DNA from: Nemertoderma westbladi
Taxonomy: Eukaryota; Animalia; Xenacoelomorpha
Direction of reading: 5' to 3'
DNA length: 33,920 bases
Assembly (NCBI GenBank): GCA_032718475.1
Contig: JAUCBJ010004446.1
Span: forward strand, 1-33,920
Of the stretch, positions 12,034-22,593 are shown piece after piece. Below the pieces are notes generated by a model that did no database searches, was not told where the DNA came from, and worked only from the letters and a program-made list of their open reading frames with translations. A program made the translations under genes and the position numbers. Positions within the stretch are counted from its first letter, which is position 1. Each line of letters opens with the position of its first letter.

Positions 12034-12959
12034 GCCGGTGTAACAGGAAAATATGCCCCCCCGGGAAATGTGCCCGGGGGGCATATTTTCCTAGGAAAAA
12101 ATGCCCCCCCGGGCAAATTTCCCTAGGAAAAAATGCCCCCCCTTAGGAAATTATGCCCCCCCTGAATTATACAATAAACAAAACTTATTACTACTAAAAC
12201 TTACAAAAATTATACAAAACAATAAACAGTCACTTTACCAAATGAAGGAAAGGAGCAGGTTACAGAGGCAGGCCTTTCTAACCAAAACAATAAACGATCA
12301 TTTAACTAATGGAGGGAAAGGAGCAGGTTACAGAGGCGGGATTTTCTAACCAAAACAATAAACAGTCACTTTAGCAAATCAGGGAAAGGAGCAGGTTACA
12401 GAGACGGGATTTTCTAACCAAAACAATAAACGATAACATTACCAATTGAGAGAAAGGAGCAGGTTACAGAGGCGGGAATTTCTAACCAAAACAATAAACA
12501 ATCACTTTACCAAATCAGGGAAAGGAGCAGGTTACAGACTTAAAAAAGCTTGGAGCTGCTCGGCGCCCACACAACAGCACAACACCACACACTCGCACTG
12601 CTGTTATACCAGTAGTTACTACAGTAGCCTACTGACTTAGATACTTCAGTATGCTGTTCTACATCCCTTACTGCCTTACCTGCTTACCTACCGGCAGACC
12701 GGTACCGTACTATTCGTCCAACTATTACAAGTTCTGCAGTTGGTAGATTAAAAGTGGCTACCAGCAGACCGGTATCGTACCAGTTTTCAGACTTTTGAGG
12801 GGGGCTAATTTTCCTGAGGGGAGGCATTATTTCCTAAGGAGAAAATGCCCCCCCGGGCTAAATTTCCTAGGAAAAATTGCCCGGGGGGACATAATATCCT
12901 AGGAAATAATGCCCCGGGGGGCATATTCTAGGGGGGGCTGATTTCCTTGTGACACCGGC
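12034..12959. mobile_element. Foldback/MITE-like element with long modular imperfect TIRs and an internal 68-bp tandem repeat
   Basis: The ends GCCGGTGT...ACACCGGC lead into ~130-160 bp arms built from AAATGCCCCCC, CCTAGGAAA and CCCGGG modules. Five 68-bp units start at about 12216, 12284, 12352, 12420 and 12488. No TSD was recognised. Confidence 0.75.
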
Positions 12960-14284
12960 AGACCGGTACCACTACCTGACTACTACACTACACAGCTAGG
13001 GCCTACATGTACCAGTACTTCAGTACTATACATACTACAGTTTAACAGTAGCCTACCTTACCATGTTGTACCACGGCCAGGCAGTACTGCAGTACCACAA
13101 ACTGGCAGTCTGAAATTGATTGATTGATTGATATTTTTTTCCAGATTAACAATATAAAACAATTTACATATTAAACACTAAAATAAGGAACTGGTAAATA
13201 ATATATAATAGTGTATAGCGTACGTGTAGTTACTACTGTATTTAATTAATTAAGTAATAGGTAGGGCCTACTGATCAAACTGAAAGTAAATAAAAACGTA
13301 ACTGAAAATAGTGTAGCTGTGTAGTGAACGTCTATGATATAGGGCAGTCGGGCTTGTCTAATCAGCACGATTTATGATTACCTAATTAAAAGTTTAAAAA
13401 TAGTCTTAATGAGCTGTACCAATTGCAAACGTTAAAATGGAGGGATAGCCTTTTATGCGGTGAACCGTGTTTCCAAGGGTCCCAGATCCCAGTGAAATTC
13501 AAAATACAGCGGGCGATGAATATTATTTAAAATACAAACAGAACGGATTGGTGAACGATTAAAATACAGGTGGAATGAGGCGGAGGGACTGACATATTTA
13601 AAAAATTTAGAAATGGGCGTTGATAGTGACGATTTAAAAAATGATTAAAATTCAAGTAGGTTATGGTTGTGGCGGTGAGAAGTTTAACCCTCCCCCGGTA
13701 ACGTGGGGTAAAATAATACCCCAAGGGGATTACTTTTGATATTTTTGACAATCTCTCATATTATGTACGTCCAACTTCATAGTATCTTCCAAAAAACTTG
13801 TAATCTAACGATTGTGTGGGTCAAACCCATAAAATGTTGTTTATGAAAAATGTTATGGGCCCTTAATTTGAAAACAAAACAACTTAGTTAGGTAAGATGG
13901 TGGTGGTGGGATTGATTAACTAAAAAATGATTAAAATACAAAATGGGGGGGGGGGGGGTGAGGCTGATGAACTTAAAAATAATTAAAAAGATAGGTAGAC
14001 TGACAAATTTAAAAATTACCAAAATACAATTACATTTCGGGCGGTGAATCTAAAAATACTAAAAATCCAAACATGGCTAATAGTGGAGGTAGAATATGTG
14101 GATGAGGCTGATAAAAATAATTAAAATACACAACACAATCTGAAGCTGTGAGTTTAATTGAATTTGGCACGTTAACTGAAATGCAAATAAAATGTAGTTG
14201 ATTGGATTAAAATCAGGCGAAAAGTTTGTAGAAAGTTATTAAAAAAAAAGTTATATTTATCTGTTTATCGGTTTCATTAGTTAT

Positions 14285-14380
14285 TTTTTCGAGGTAATAC
14301 TTCTTAACTTCATGTTTAAAAACAATTATTGAACTGGAATTGGTTATGGTGGTGGGGAGATTATTCCACAGCTTGCTGGC
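14285..14380 (-). pseudogene. Small CR1/L2-group LINE 3' fragment
   Basis: ASKLWNNLPTTITNSSSIIVFKHEVKKYYL is the typical extreme C-terminus of ORF2. Confidence 0.55.
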
Positions 14381-14444
14381 TTGGGGCCGAGGAAACTTAA
14401 AGCAGTTGTCCAACCGTCTGACCGGCCTACAGGCACAGACTGTA

Positions 14445-14680
14445 TAATTTAGTTTATTTATTTTTTCAACCAATCAGAAATACAGTTAATTTAGTTTATT
14501 TATTTTTTCAACAAATCAGAAATACAGTTAATTTAGTTTGTTAATTTTTTCAACCAATCAGAAATAACTTAATTTAGTTTATTTATTATTTCAACCAATC
14601 AGAGATATACTTAATTTAGTTTATTTATTTTTTCAACCCATCAGAAATCAAAATCAATATTCACATAATTTAGTTTAATT
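14445..14680 (+). repeat. ~42-bp AT-rich tandem repeat (about 5.5 copies) carrying CCAAT boxes
   Basis: Unit TAATTTAGTTTATTTATTTTTTCAACCAATCAGAAATACAGT. AACCAATCAG is intact at 14468, 14552 and 14593, and a partial unit reappears at about 17640, after the Harbinger. Confidence 0.85.
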
Positions 14681-15433
14681 TGTTTCTGTTTACTTAGGCC
14701 GGGTTGCACACGTTGACTTAAGTTAAGTGTCTATTTTTTACTTAAGTTGCAACTTAGTTAAGTAGGCACTTAGACTTAAGTAAAATTGCGTTGCTCATTC
14801 TAAAGTTAAGTTTTCTTAACTAAGTAGGTACTTAAGTTAAAAAATCAGAACGGTACTAGTTCGCCATGTCGACACCCCCATGCAATTGCTTTCCACTGGC
14901 TATAAAGTGTCTTTGATTTTTAAATATTTCGTTCTAGAATATAGACTACATTTATCCAATATAATTTTTTATGGTAGCTACTATTTTCAAAATACTACCT
15001 AGCTATTTAAAAAATAATTCTATTTACCTTACATATTTTTACTTATTCTAGAATATTTTGACTTTCCAAGTAAAGTGTTGTATTCCAAATAAAATTACAA
15101 GACAATATAATTAAAAAAAAAATTTACTAGCTAACAAAAACTAGCTATCTGAATTACTCAGAATAACCACAGTAGTGTTGCAACGCTGGAAAGAGCCAGG
15201 CTAACAGTGCAAGGAATTGCTTAACGTTGCATAGCAACATAACAACAATAACAATGATTATATAAAAACGAGGAATTAATAATGACATTATGTAGTTAGT
15301 TGCTTTAGTTACACAAGAACCCAGTTTTCTGGAATCTCTGTCCTTTAAAGTATTATTTGAATGCACCATCTATCATACAACAAACATTTATAGCAAGCCC
15401 TCCCACCCCCCCCCCCCCCTTAATTTTTTGAAA

Positions 15434-16264
15434 ATGGCCCCTGCAGCGAAAGAAGCTAAAACTAGGGAAGCTAATTGGACTGACAAGGACTGCTGCACTC
15501 TGGTCGAGTTGTATGAACCTCACCATACTCATCTCATTGCCAGTTTCGACAAATCTAGAGGAATAAATGCAGATTCAAAATCTAAGAAGTGGGAAGCTAT
15601 CTTGGAGTCATACTTAAGGTCAAATCCCGATGTAAAACGGAGTCTCGATGGGCTCGAGAAGAAGCTAAACAATCTGAAAGATTCCATGAAAGTTTACGCG
15701 CGCGCAGCAAAATACCATGAGACTGGCGGCGGACCAGAGCCTAAAACTCCGAAAGTTTTCATCCTGAAACTGTACGATATTGTTCATGGGTCCAAAGGGC
15801 AAATCCTGAAAGGAATACAGTCGGGTGCAGAAAGTGGCGCATCGGTTGCAGCTATCCCGGTCGCGTCTAGTCAGGGTAATGACCAACCAGACCATAAAGA
15901 GGACGGCCAGATCCTGATGGACTTGGGCCAGAGCCTGAAGTCGCCAGAGGGCTACTTTAAACAGGCTTCCACTCCTCGAAACCCAGACTACTCTTCTCAT
16001 CCGCAAAAAAAACGGTCCCGCTCTCAGGACACATTGATTTCACCATTGGAGGCGCAGAACCTGCTGATCGCGGAGAATCGCCAGTTGATCCGAGAGAACC
16101 GCTATCTTATCTATCTGAAGACAATTAAGACAAAAGCAGAAGTTTCGGCTCTTACTGGTCTGCTGCCTCCCCCGGCTCCTAATGGCATGGTGGATGCTGC
16201 TGCGGATATTTTGTTTCTGGAGACTATTTGTGAATATGAAAACAGTGCAAATAATATACAGTAG
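15434..16264 (+). CDS. Harbinger Myb/SANT-like (trihelix) DNA-binding protein, 276 aa
   Basis: ATG at 15434 in AAAATGG context. Trihelix pattern REANWT..LVELY..KKWEAI..RSLDGLEKKLNNLK, followed by TGGGP and an NLS-like PQKKRSR. It lies inside the TIRs. Confidence 0.85.
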   Translation: MAPAAKEAKTREANWTDKDCCTLVELYEPHHTHLIASFDKSRGINADSKSKKWEAILESYLRSNPDVKRSLDGLEKKLNNLKDSMKVYARAAKYHETGGGPEPKTPKVFILKLYDIVHGSKGQILKGIQSGAESGASVAAIPVASSQGNDQPDHKEDGQILMDLGQSLKSPEGYFKQASTPRNPDYSSHPQKKRSRSQDTLISPLEAQNLLIAENRQLIRENRYLIYLKTIKTKAEVSALTGLLPPPAPNGMVDAAADILFLETICEYENSANNIQ

Positions 16265-16388
16265 TACTGTATAATATGAATGTTTAATATTGTGCAATTC
16301 ATCATATTCATTATGTAATCTACAGTAGTTTAAAGTACAGTACAATGGTGTGCTAGTTTGATATATAATTTGGAAACAATATCCTTTT

Positions 16389-17411
16389 TTATCCAAAATA
16401 CTTCTGAATAAAATGTGCACGATACGTTTGACCATTTTGTGAACCAGAATAATCTTCACTGTTATCTAATTCTTCCACGTCCTCGTCTTCCTCAAACTGT
16501 TCACCCCTTATTTTGGCAATATTGTGCAATACGAAACAAGCCGAAATTACGCGGCAGACTCGAACTGGCTGCATTCTAATTTCGCCATGCAAGCAATGGA
16601 ACTTTCTCTTTAACTGTCCAAATGCCCTTTCAACTGTATTGCGTGTCTTGATTTGCGCCCGGTTGTATTTAATTTCCGCTTTAGTCTTTGGGTTGAGAAG
16701 CGGAGTTAAAAGAAGAGGTGTACACGGATAGCCACTATCGCCTAAAATGAGTTCCTTTCGTTTTCCCTGATCGTACTCCATTCCAAGTGAGCTATTGGAC
16801 CAAATACGGGCGTCATGGGCACTTCCTGGCCAGTCAGCGACCATGTTCAAAAATTGACACTTTGCATCACAAATTGCTTGAACGTTAATGCTACTGTACC
16901 CTTTTCTGTTAATGTAGTATGGCGCTTGATCGCCGTAAGGAGCTGGAATCTTCACATGCGTTGCGTCGATGGCACCAGTAACTCCAGGGAAACCAGCAAT
17001 TTCAAAGAATTCCGCTTGAACCTTTTGAATTTCGATGGGTGTAGAAGGGAATTTCACAAACTGGTCTAAATTTCGGGTGAGGGCGATTGAAACATCCCGA
17101 ACGGCTCGACTAGCGGATGACTTATGAATTGTCAAACTGTCTCCAGCTAGATTCAGGAAGCTCCCAGTTGCGTAAAATCTTAGGGCCACTGCCAGCTTTA
17201 ACTCAACAGTCAGGCCCTTATTCCCAGCTTGGATTCTTTCGAGATCAGGACGAATCACATCGCAGATATACCGAAAATTGTCCTTGCAGAACCGGAATCG
17301 GTCATAAAATTCTGTTTCATTGTACAGTTCGTAAATGTTTGGCCGCGTTGGGTACGATTTCCTATTCTGAGGGCGACGGCTTGGTAAACCTAATATTGGT
17401 AACACTGACAT
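16389..17411 (-). CDS. Harbinger DDE transposase (HARBI1-like), 340 aa
   Basis: ATG at 17411. Motifs FYDRFRF, ALRFYATGS, GFPGVTGAIDATHV (D), WPGSAHDARI, LGDSGY (D) and RNTVERAFGQLKRKF (E). No stops or frameshifts. Confidence 0.95.
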   Translation of the reverse strand: MSVLPILGLPSRRPQNRKSYPTRPNIYELYNETEFYDRFRFCKDNFRYICDVIRPDLERIQAGNKGLTVELKLAVALRFYATGSFLNLAGDSLTIHKSSASRAVRDVSIALTRNLDQFVKFPSTPIEIQKVQAEFFEIAGFPGVTGAIDATHVKIPAPYGDQAPYYINRKGYSSINVQAICDAKCQFLNMVADWPGSAHDARIWSNSSLGMEYDQGKRKELILGDSGYPCTPLLLTPLLNPKTKAEIKYNRAQIKTRNTVERAFGQLKRKFHCLHGEIRMQPVRVCRVISACFVLHNIAKIRGEQFEEDEDVEELDNSEDYSGSQNGQTYRAHFIQKYFG

Positions 17412-18003
17412 TTCCGCTAATAATAAATAATTGTAATAAATAGCTAATAATAAATTCACTAAGATTCGTTTTTGGCAGACTTAAAAATAGAAACTTATCT
17501 CTAAATTTTAAGTATCTACTTAAGTTAAGAAAATTGTTGTGCAACGCAATACCAATTTTTCTCGTACTTAAACTTAATTTAAGTTTTCTACTTAACTTAA
17601 GTCAACGTGTGCAACCCGGCCTTAATCCCTTAAATAATATAATTTAGTTTATTTTTTTCTTAATCCTCTTCGAAAAAAAAAATTAAATTAAATGTGGCCT
17701 AAATCAGCCACCGTATTATTACAGTATTACCAGTATTATAATGTTTTTTTGACTATTCTAGACAAACAGACGTAAACCTGTTTGCCTGTACTGCAGTAAA
17801 CCTGTAGTGCAGTAAACGTACCGGTGTTTGAAAGTCTAATTAAATACCGTACCGGTACTGTACTCCACTCCACTCCGTCCTGTCGTCTCTAGTCAGCTCT
17901 CTGGCTCTGCAGCTAGCAGGCTAGGAGTCCACTCCTTACTACAGTACTACTACCTGACTTCACTAGGCAGCTAGGCCTAACTGCCTAATGCCGAACCAAA
18001 ATA

Positions 18004-18064
18004 ATGGTACCGGTAACTCAAGTGCCGCATAGCCATACACAGATTGTGGAATATGCTTTGCAAG
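18004..18064 (+). CDS. MED18: Mediator subunit 18, coding exon 1
   Basis: MVPVTQVPHSHTQIVEYALQ(G) matches the MED18 EYLLQG motif. Donor AG|GTAAGA, phase 1. Confidence 0.85.
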
Positions 18065-18494
18065 GTAAGAGTGCAGAGTGCTGAATCGTACTGTACTGTC
18101 GTACTGTAGAATATTATCCACAAGCTGACGTTGTCTAGCAGTCTAGGTGACCACCAACCACGGCCACGGGCAGACGGGAAAATGGTTTCCGATAGGTACT
18201 GCGGTAGTCGTAGCGGGGTACGTACTGGTCAGTCAGCCGGTATATCTCTCGCTCGTCACTCTGACACTGGAGGGTCCCACCCCTGCACCCACCCCGTGAG
18301 TGACAGAGGAGAGCAGGAACTCGCCCCCACGGCCACGCCCCACCATCCCATCATCACATGTTGTCGGAGGAGGCTGGGCTGTCACTGCTGTCAGCCAACC
18401 TCAGGCATTTTTGTTCACTGTCTGACTGTACAGCTGTACGTACTTTACTTTATTATACTTATCACCCACCCACCATGTGATTTTTGTTGTGTAG

Positions 18495-18612
18495 GAAGTG
18501 TATTAGATACTGCATTGGAATCGCTAGTCCATAGACTTCGCGGGATCTGTGACAGCGTTACTTTGGCTCCCTACGAAACGTTTAACGACCACGAAATGTT
18601 ATTTTCGTTAAA
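18495..18612 (+). CDS. MED18: Mediator subunit 18, coding exon 2
   Basis: TAG acceptor; GSVLDTALESLVHRLRGICDSVTLAPYETFNDHEMLFSLK versus human GSVLDHSLESLIHRLRGLCD..ETFLDHEMVFLLK. Donor GTAAGT, and the phases are consistent. Confidence 0.93.
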
Positions 18613-19066
18613 GTAAGTCCATTTTCATTTAAGCGTTATTATTATAATAATTGTAATATACTGATCTGACTGATATAGGCCTAATATATCAGTACGTTTA
18701 ATGTAAAATACTGTATAACGAAAATTAGTCCACCCGTGCAGCCGTGTTTTAATTTTCTGAATGCTTTACTCTATGATTGGAAAAAGTTTAACCAAATTGG
18801 AACACCAGAAAAGTAGTTAAAACGCACTCCACTTGGGTGGGGATATGTTTTCTGGAAACATTTTTTGACGTACCGGTACCACCATGTTCGCTTGTCTGTT
18901 TGTTGCCCCGATGGGCCTAACTACTGTAACTAAGCTATAATGCATATATGAATGTAGTGATGCTGATCACTTTCTCACATGGATATCGGGGCGTCACGAT
19001 CCCCTATTGGTGGACTCGAACTCCATCATCCACCAAAAAATCAACGTCTCGAAAAATTGAAACCGT

Positions 19067-22000
19067 TGCAGCAGTTTACCGCGCATCGACGCGAGGAACA
19101 TGTTACCATTCCAGCATTCGCGGACTACTTCACGGCCTATCTGCAGCAGTTTACCGCGCATCGACGCGAGGAACATGTTACCATTCGCGGACTACTTCAC
19201 GTCCTATCTGCAGCAGTTTACCGCGCATCGACGCGAGGAACATGTTACCATTCGCGGACTACTTCACGGCCTATCTGCAGCAGTTTACCGCGCATCGACG
19301 CGAGGAACATGTTACCATTCCAGCATTCGCGGACTACTTCACGGCCTATCTGCAGCAGTTTACCGCGCATCGACGCGAGGAACATGTTACCATTCGCGGA
19401 CTACTTCACGTCCTATCTGCAGCAGTTTACCGCGCATCGACGCGAGGAACATGTTACCATTCGCGGACTACTTCACGGCCTATCTGCAGCAGTTTACCGC
19501 GCATCGACGCGAGGAACATGTTACCATTCGCGGACTACTTCACGGCCTATCTGCAGCAGTTTACCGCGCATCGACGCGAGGAACATGTTACCATTCCAGC
19601 ATTCGCGGACTACTTCACGGCCTATCTGCAGCAGTTTACCGCGCATCGACGCGAGGAACATGTTACCATTCGCGGACTACTTCACGGCCTATCTGCAGCA
19701 GTTTACCGCGCATCGACGCGAGGAACATGTTACCATTCCAGCATTCGCGGACTACTTCACGGCCTATCTGCAGCAGTTTACCGCGCATCGACGCGAGGAA
19801 CATGTTACCATTCGCGGACTACTTCACGGCCTATCTGCAGCAGTTTACCGCGCATCGACGCGAGGAACATGTTACCATTCCAGCATTCGCGGACTACTTC
19901 ACGGCCTATCTCAGTATCTGCAGCAGTTTACCGCGCATCGACGCGAGGAACATGTTACCATTCGCGGACTACTTCACGGCGTATCTGCAGCAGTTTACCG
20001 CGCATCGACGCGAGGAACATGTTACCATTCGCGGACTACTTCACGGCCTATCTGCAGCAGTTTACCGCGCATCGACGCGAGGAACATGTTACCATTCCAG
20101 CATTCGCGGACTACTTCACGGCCTATCTCAGTATCTGCAGCAGTTTACCGCGCATCGACGCGAGGAACATGTTACCATTCGCGGACTACTTCACGGCCTA
20201 TCTGCAGCAGTTTACCGCGCATCGACGCGAGGAACATGTTATCATTCGCGGACTACTTCACGTCCTATCTGCAGCAGTTTACCGCGCATCGACGCGAGGA
20301 ACATGTTACCATTCGCGGACTACTTCACGTCCTATCTGCAGCAGTTTACCGCGCATCGACGCGAGGAACATGTTACCATTCGCGGACTACTTCACGTCCT
20401 ATCTGCAGCAGTTTACCGCGCATCGACGCGAGGAACATGTTACCATTCGCGGACTACTTCACGTCCTATCTGCAGCAGTTTACCGCGCATCGACGCGAGG
20501 AACATGTTACCATTCCAGCATTCGCGGACTACTTCACGTCCTATCTGCAGCAGTTTACCGCGCATCGACGCGAGGAACATGTTACCATTCGCGGACTACT
20601 TCACGTCCTATCTGCAGCAGTTTACCGCGCATCGACGCGAGGAACATGTTACCATTCGCGGACTACTTCACGTCCTATCTGCAGCAGTTTACCGCGCATC
20701 GACGCGAGGAACATGTTACCATTCCAGCATTCGCGGACTACTTCACGGCCTATCTGCAGCAGTTTACCGCGCATCGACGCGAGGAACATGTTACCATTCG
20801 CGGACTACTTCACGTCCTATCTGCAGCAGTTTACCGCGCATCGACGCGAGGAACATGTTACCATTCGCGGACTACTTCACGTCCTATCTGCAGCAGTTTA
20901 CCGCGCATCGACGCGAGGAACATGTTACCATTCCAGCATTCGCGGACTACTTCACGGCCTATCTGCAGCAGTTTACCGCGCATCGACGCGAGGAACATGT
21001 TACCATTCGCGGACTACTTCACGTCCTATCTGCAGCAGTTTACCGCGCATCGACGCGAGGAACATGTTACCATTCGCGGACTACTTCACGTCCTATCTGC
21101 AGCAGTTTACCGCGCATCGACGCGAGGAACATGTTACCATTCGCGGACTACTTCACGGCGTATCTGCAGCAGTTTACCGCGCATCGACGCGAGGAACATG
21201 TTACCATTCGCGGACTACTTCACGGCCTATCTGCAGCAGTTTACCGCGCATCGACGCGAGGAACATGTTACCATTCCAGCATTCGCGGACTACTTCACGG
21301 CCTATCTCAGTATCTGCAGCAGTTTACCGCGCATCGACGCGAGGAACATGTTACCATTCGCGGACTACTTCACGGCCTATCTGCAGCAGTTTACCGCGCA
21401 TCGACGCGAGGAACATGTTATCATTCGCGGACTACTTCACGTCCTATCTGCAGCAGTTTACCGCGCATCGACGCGAGGAACATGTTACCATTCGCGGACT
21501 ACTTCACGTCCTATCTGCAGCAGTTTACCGCGCATCGACGCGAGGAACATGTTCCATTCCGCATTCGCGGACTACTTCACGGCCTATCTGCAGCAGTTTA
21601 CCGCGCATCGACGCGAGGAACATGTTACCATTCGCGGACTACTTCACGTCCTATCTGCAGCAGTTTACCGCGCATCGACGCGAGGAACATGTTACCATTC
21701 GCGGACTACTTCACGTCCTATCTGCAGCAGTTTACCGCGCATCGACGCGAGGAACATGTTACCATTCGCGGACTACTTCACGTCCTATCTGCAGCAGTTT
21801 ACCGCGCATCGACGCGAGGAACATGTTACCATTCCAGCATTCGCGGACTACTTCACGGCCTATCTGCAGCAGTTTACCACGCATCGACGCGAGGAACATG
21901 TTACCATTCGCGGACTACTTCACGTCCTATCTGCAGCAGTTTACCGCGCATCGACGCGAGGAACATGTTACCATTCGCGGACTACTTCACGTCCTATCTG

Positions 22001-22412
22001 CAGCAGTTTACCGCGCATCGACGCGAGGAACATGTTACCATTCGCGGACTACTTGACGTCCTATCTGCAGCAGTTTACTGCGCATCGACGCGAGGAACAT
22101 GTTACCATTCGCGGACTACTTCACGTCCTATCTACAGCAGTTTACTGCGCATCGACGCGAGGAACATGTTACCATTCGCGGACTACTTCAGTACTTCACG
22201 TCCTATCTGCAGCAGTTTACCGCGCATCGACGCGAGGAACATGTTACCATTCGCGGACTACTTGACGTCCTATCTGCAGCAGTTTACTGCGCATCGACGC
22301 GAGGAACATGTTACCATTCGCGGACTACTTCACGTCCTATCTGCAGCAGTTTACTGCGCATCGACGCGAGGAACATGTTACCATTCTCGGACTACTTCAC
22401 GTCCTATCTGCA
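19067..22412. repeat. 67-bp CpG-rich minisatellite (about 48 copies) in MED18 intron 2
   Basis: Unit CTGCAGCAGTTTACCGCGCATCGACGCGAGGAACATGTTACCATTCGCGGACTACTTCACG(T/G)CCTAT, with 75- and 83-bp variants produced by 8-bp insertions. Confidence 0.97.
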
Positions 22413-22593
22413 ACATCAATATATTAATATTAATATAAATATATTACCACTGACGTTTCTAGTTTCCGATGTGATCAGTAGTCCAAGAAAGCGGCGACGG
22501 AAACAACATGCCGTTCGCGCCTCACGTTATTTGTTAACCAAATAATTTGTATTATTTGTATTCCCTTTTTTAAAGTCATCGTTGTCCTTCCAG

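Larger units (their letters stand above)
14697..17621. mobile_element. Full-length PIF/Harbinger DNA transposon (2925 bp)
   Basis: Perfect 32-bp TIRs GGCCGGGTTGCACACGTTGACTTAAGTTAAGT (14697-14728 and 17590-17621), a 3-bp TTA TSD (14694-14696 and 17622-17624), and two convergent intact ORFs. Confidence 0.96.

Noticed and set aside
15665-17544. Short ORFs antisense to or overlapping the two Harbinger genes
   Set aside because: These are shadow frames of genuine coding sequence with no recognisable motifs.
18131-18616. 161-aa ORF as a stand-alone gene
   Set aside because: Only 18495-18612 matches MED18, and the rest is open intron sequence.
18948-22438. Three ORFs of more than 1000 aa as real proteins
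   Set aside because: They are by-products of a stop-free 67-bp unit cycling through all frames, inside a MED18 intron bounded by well-supported exons.
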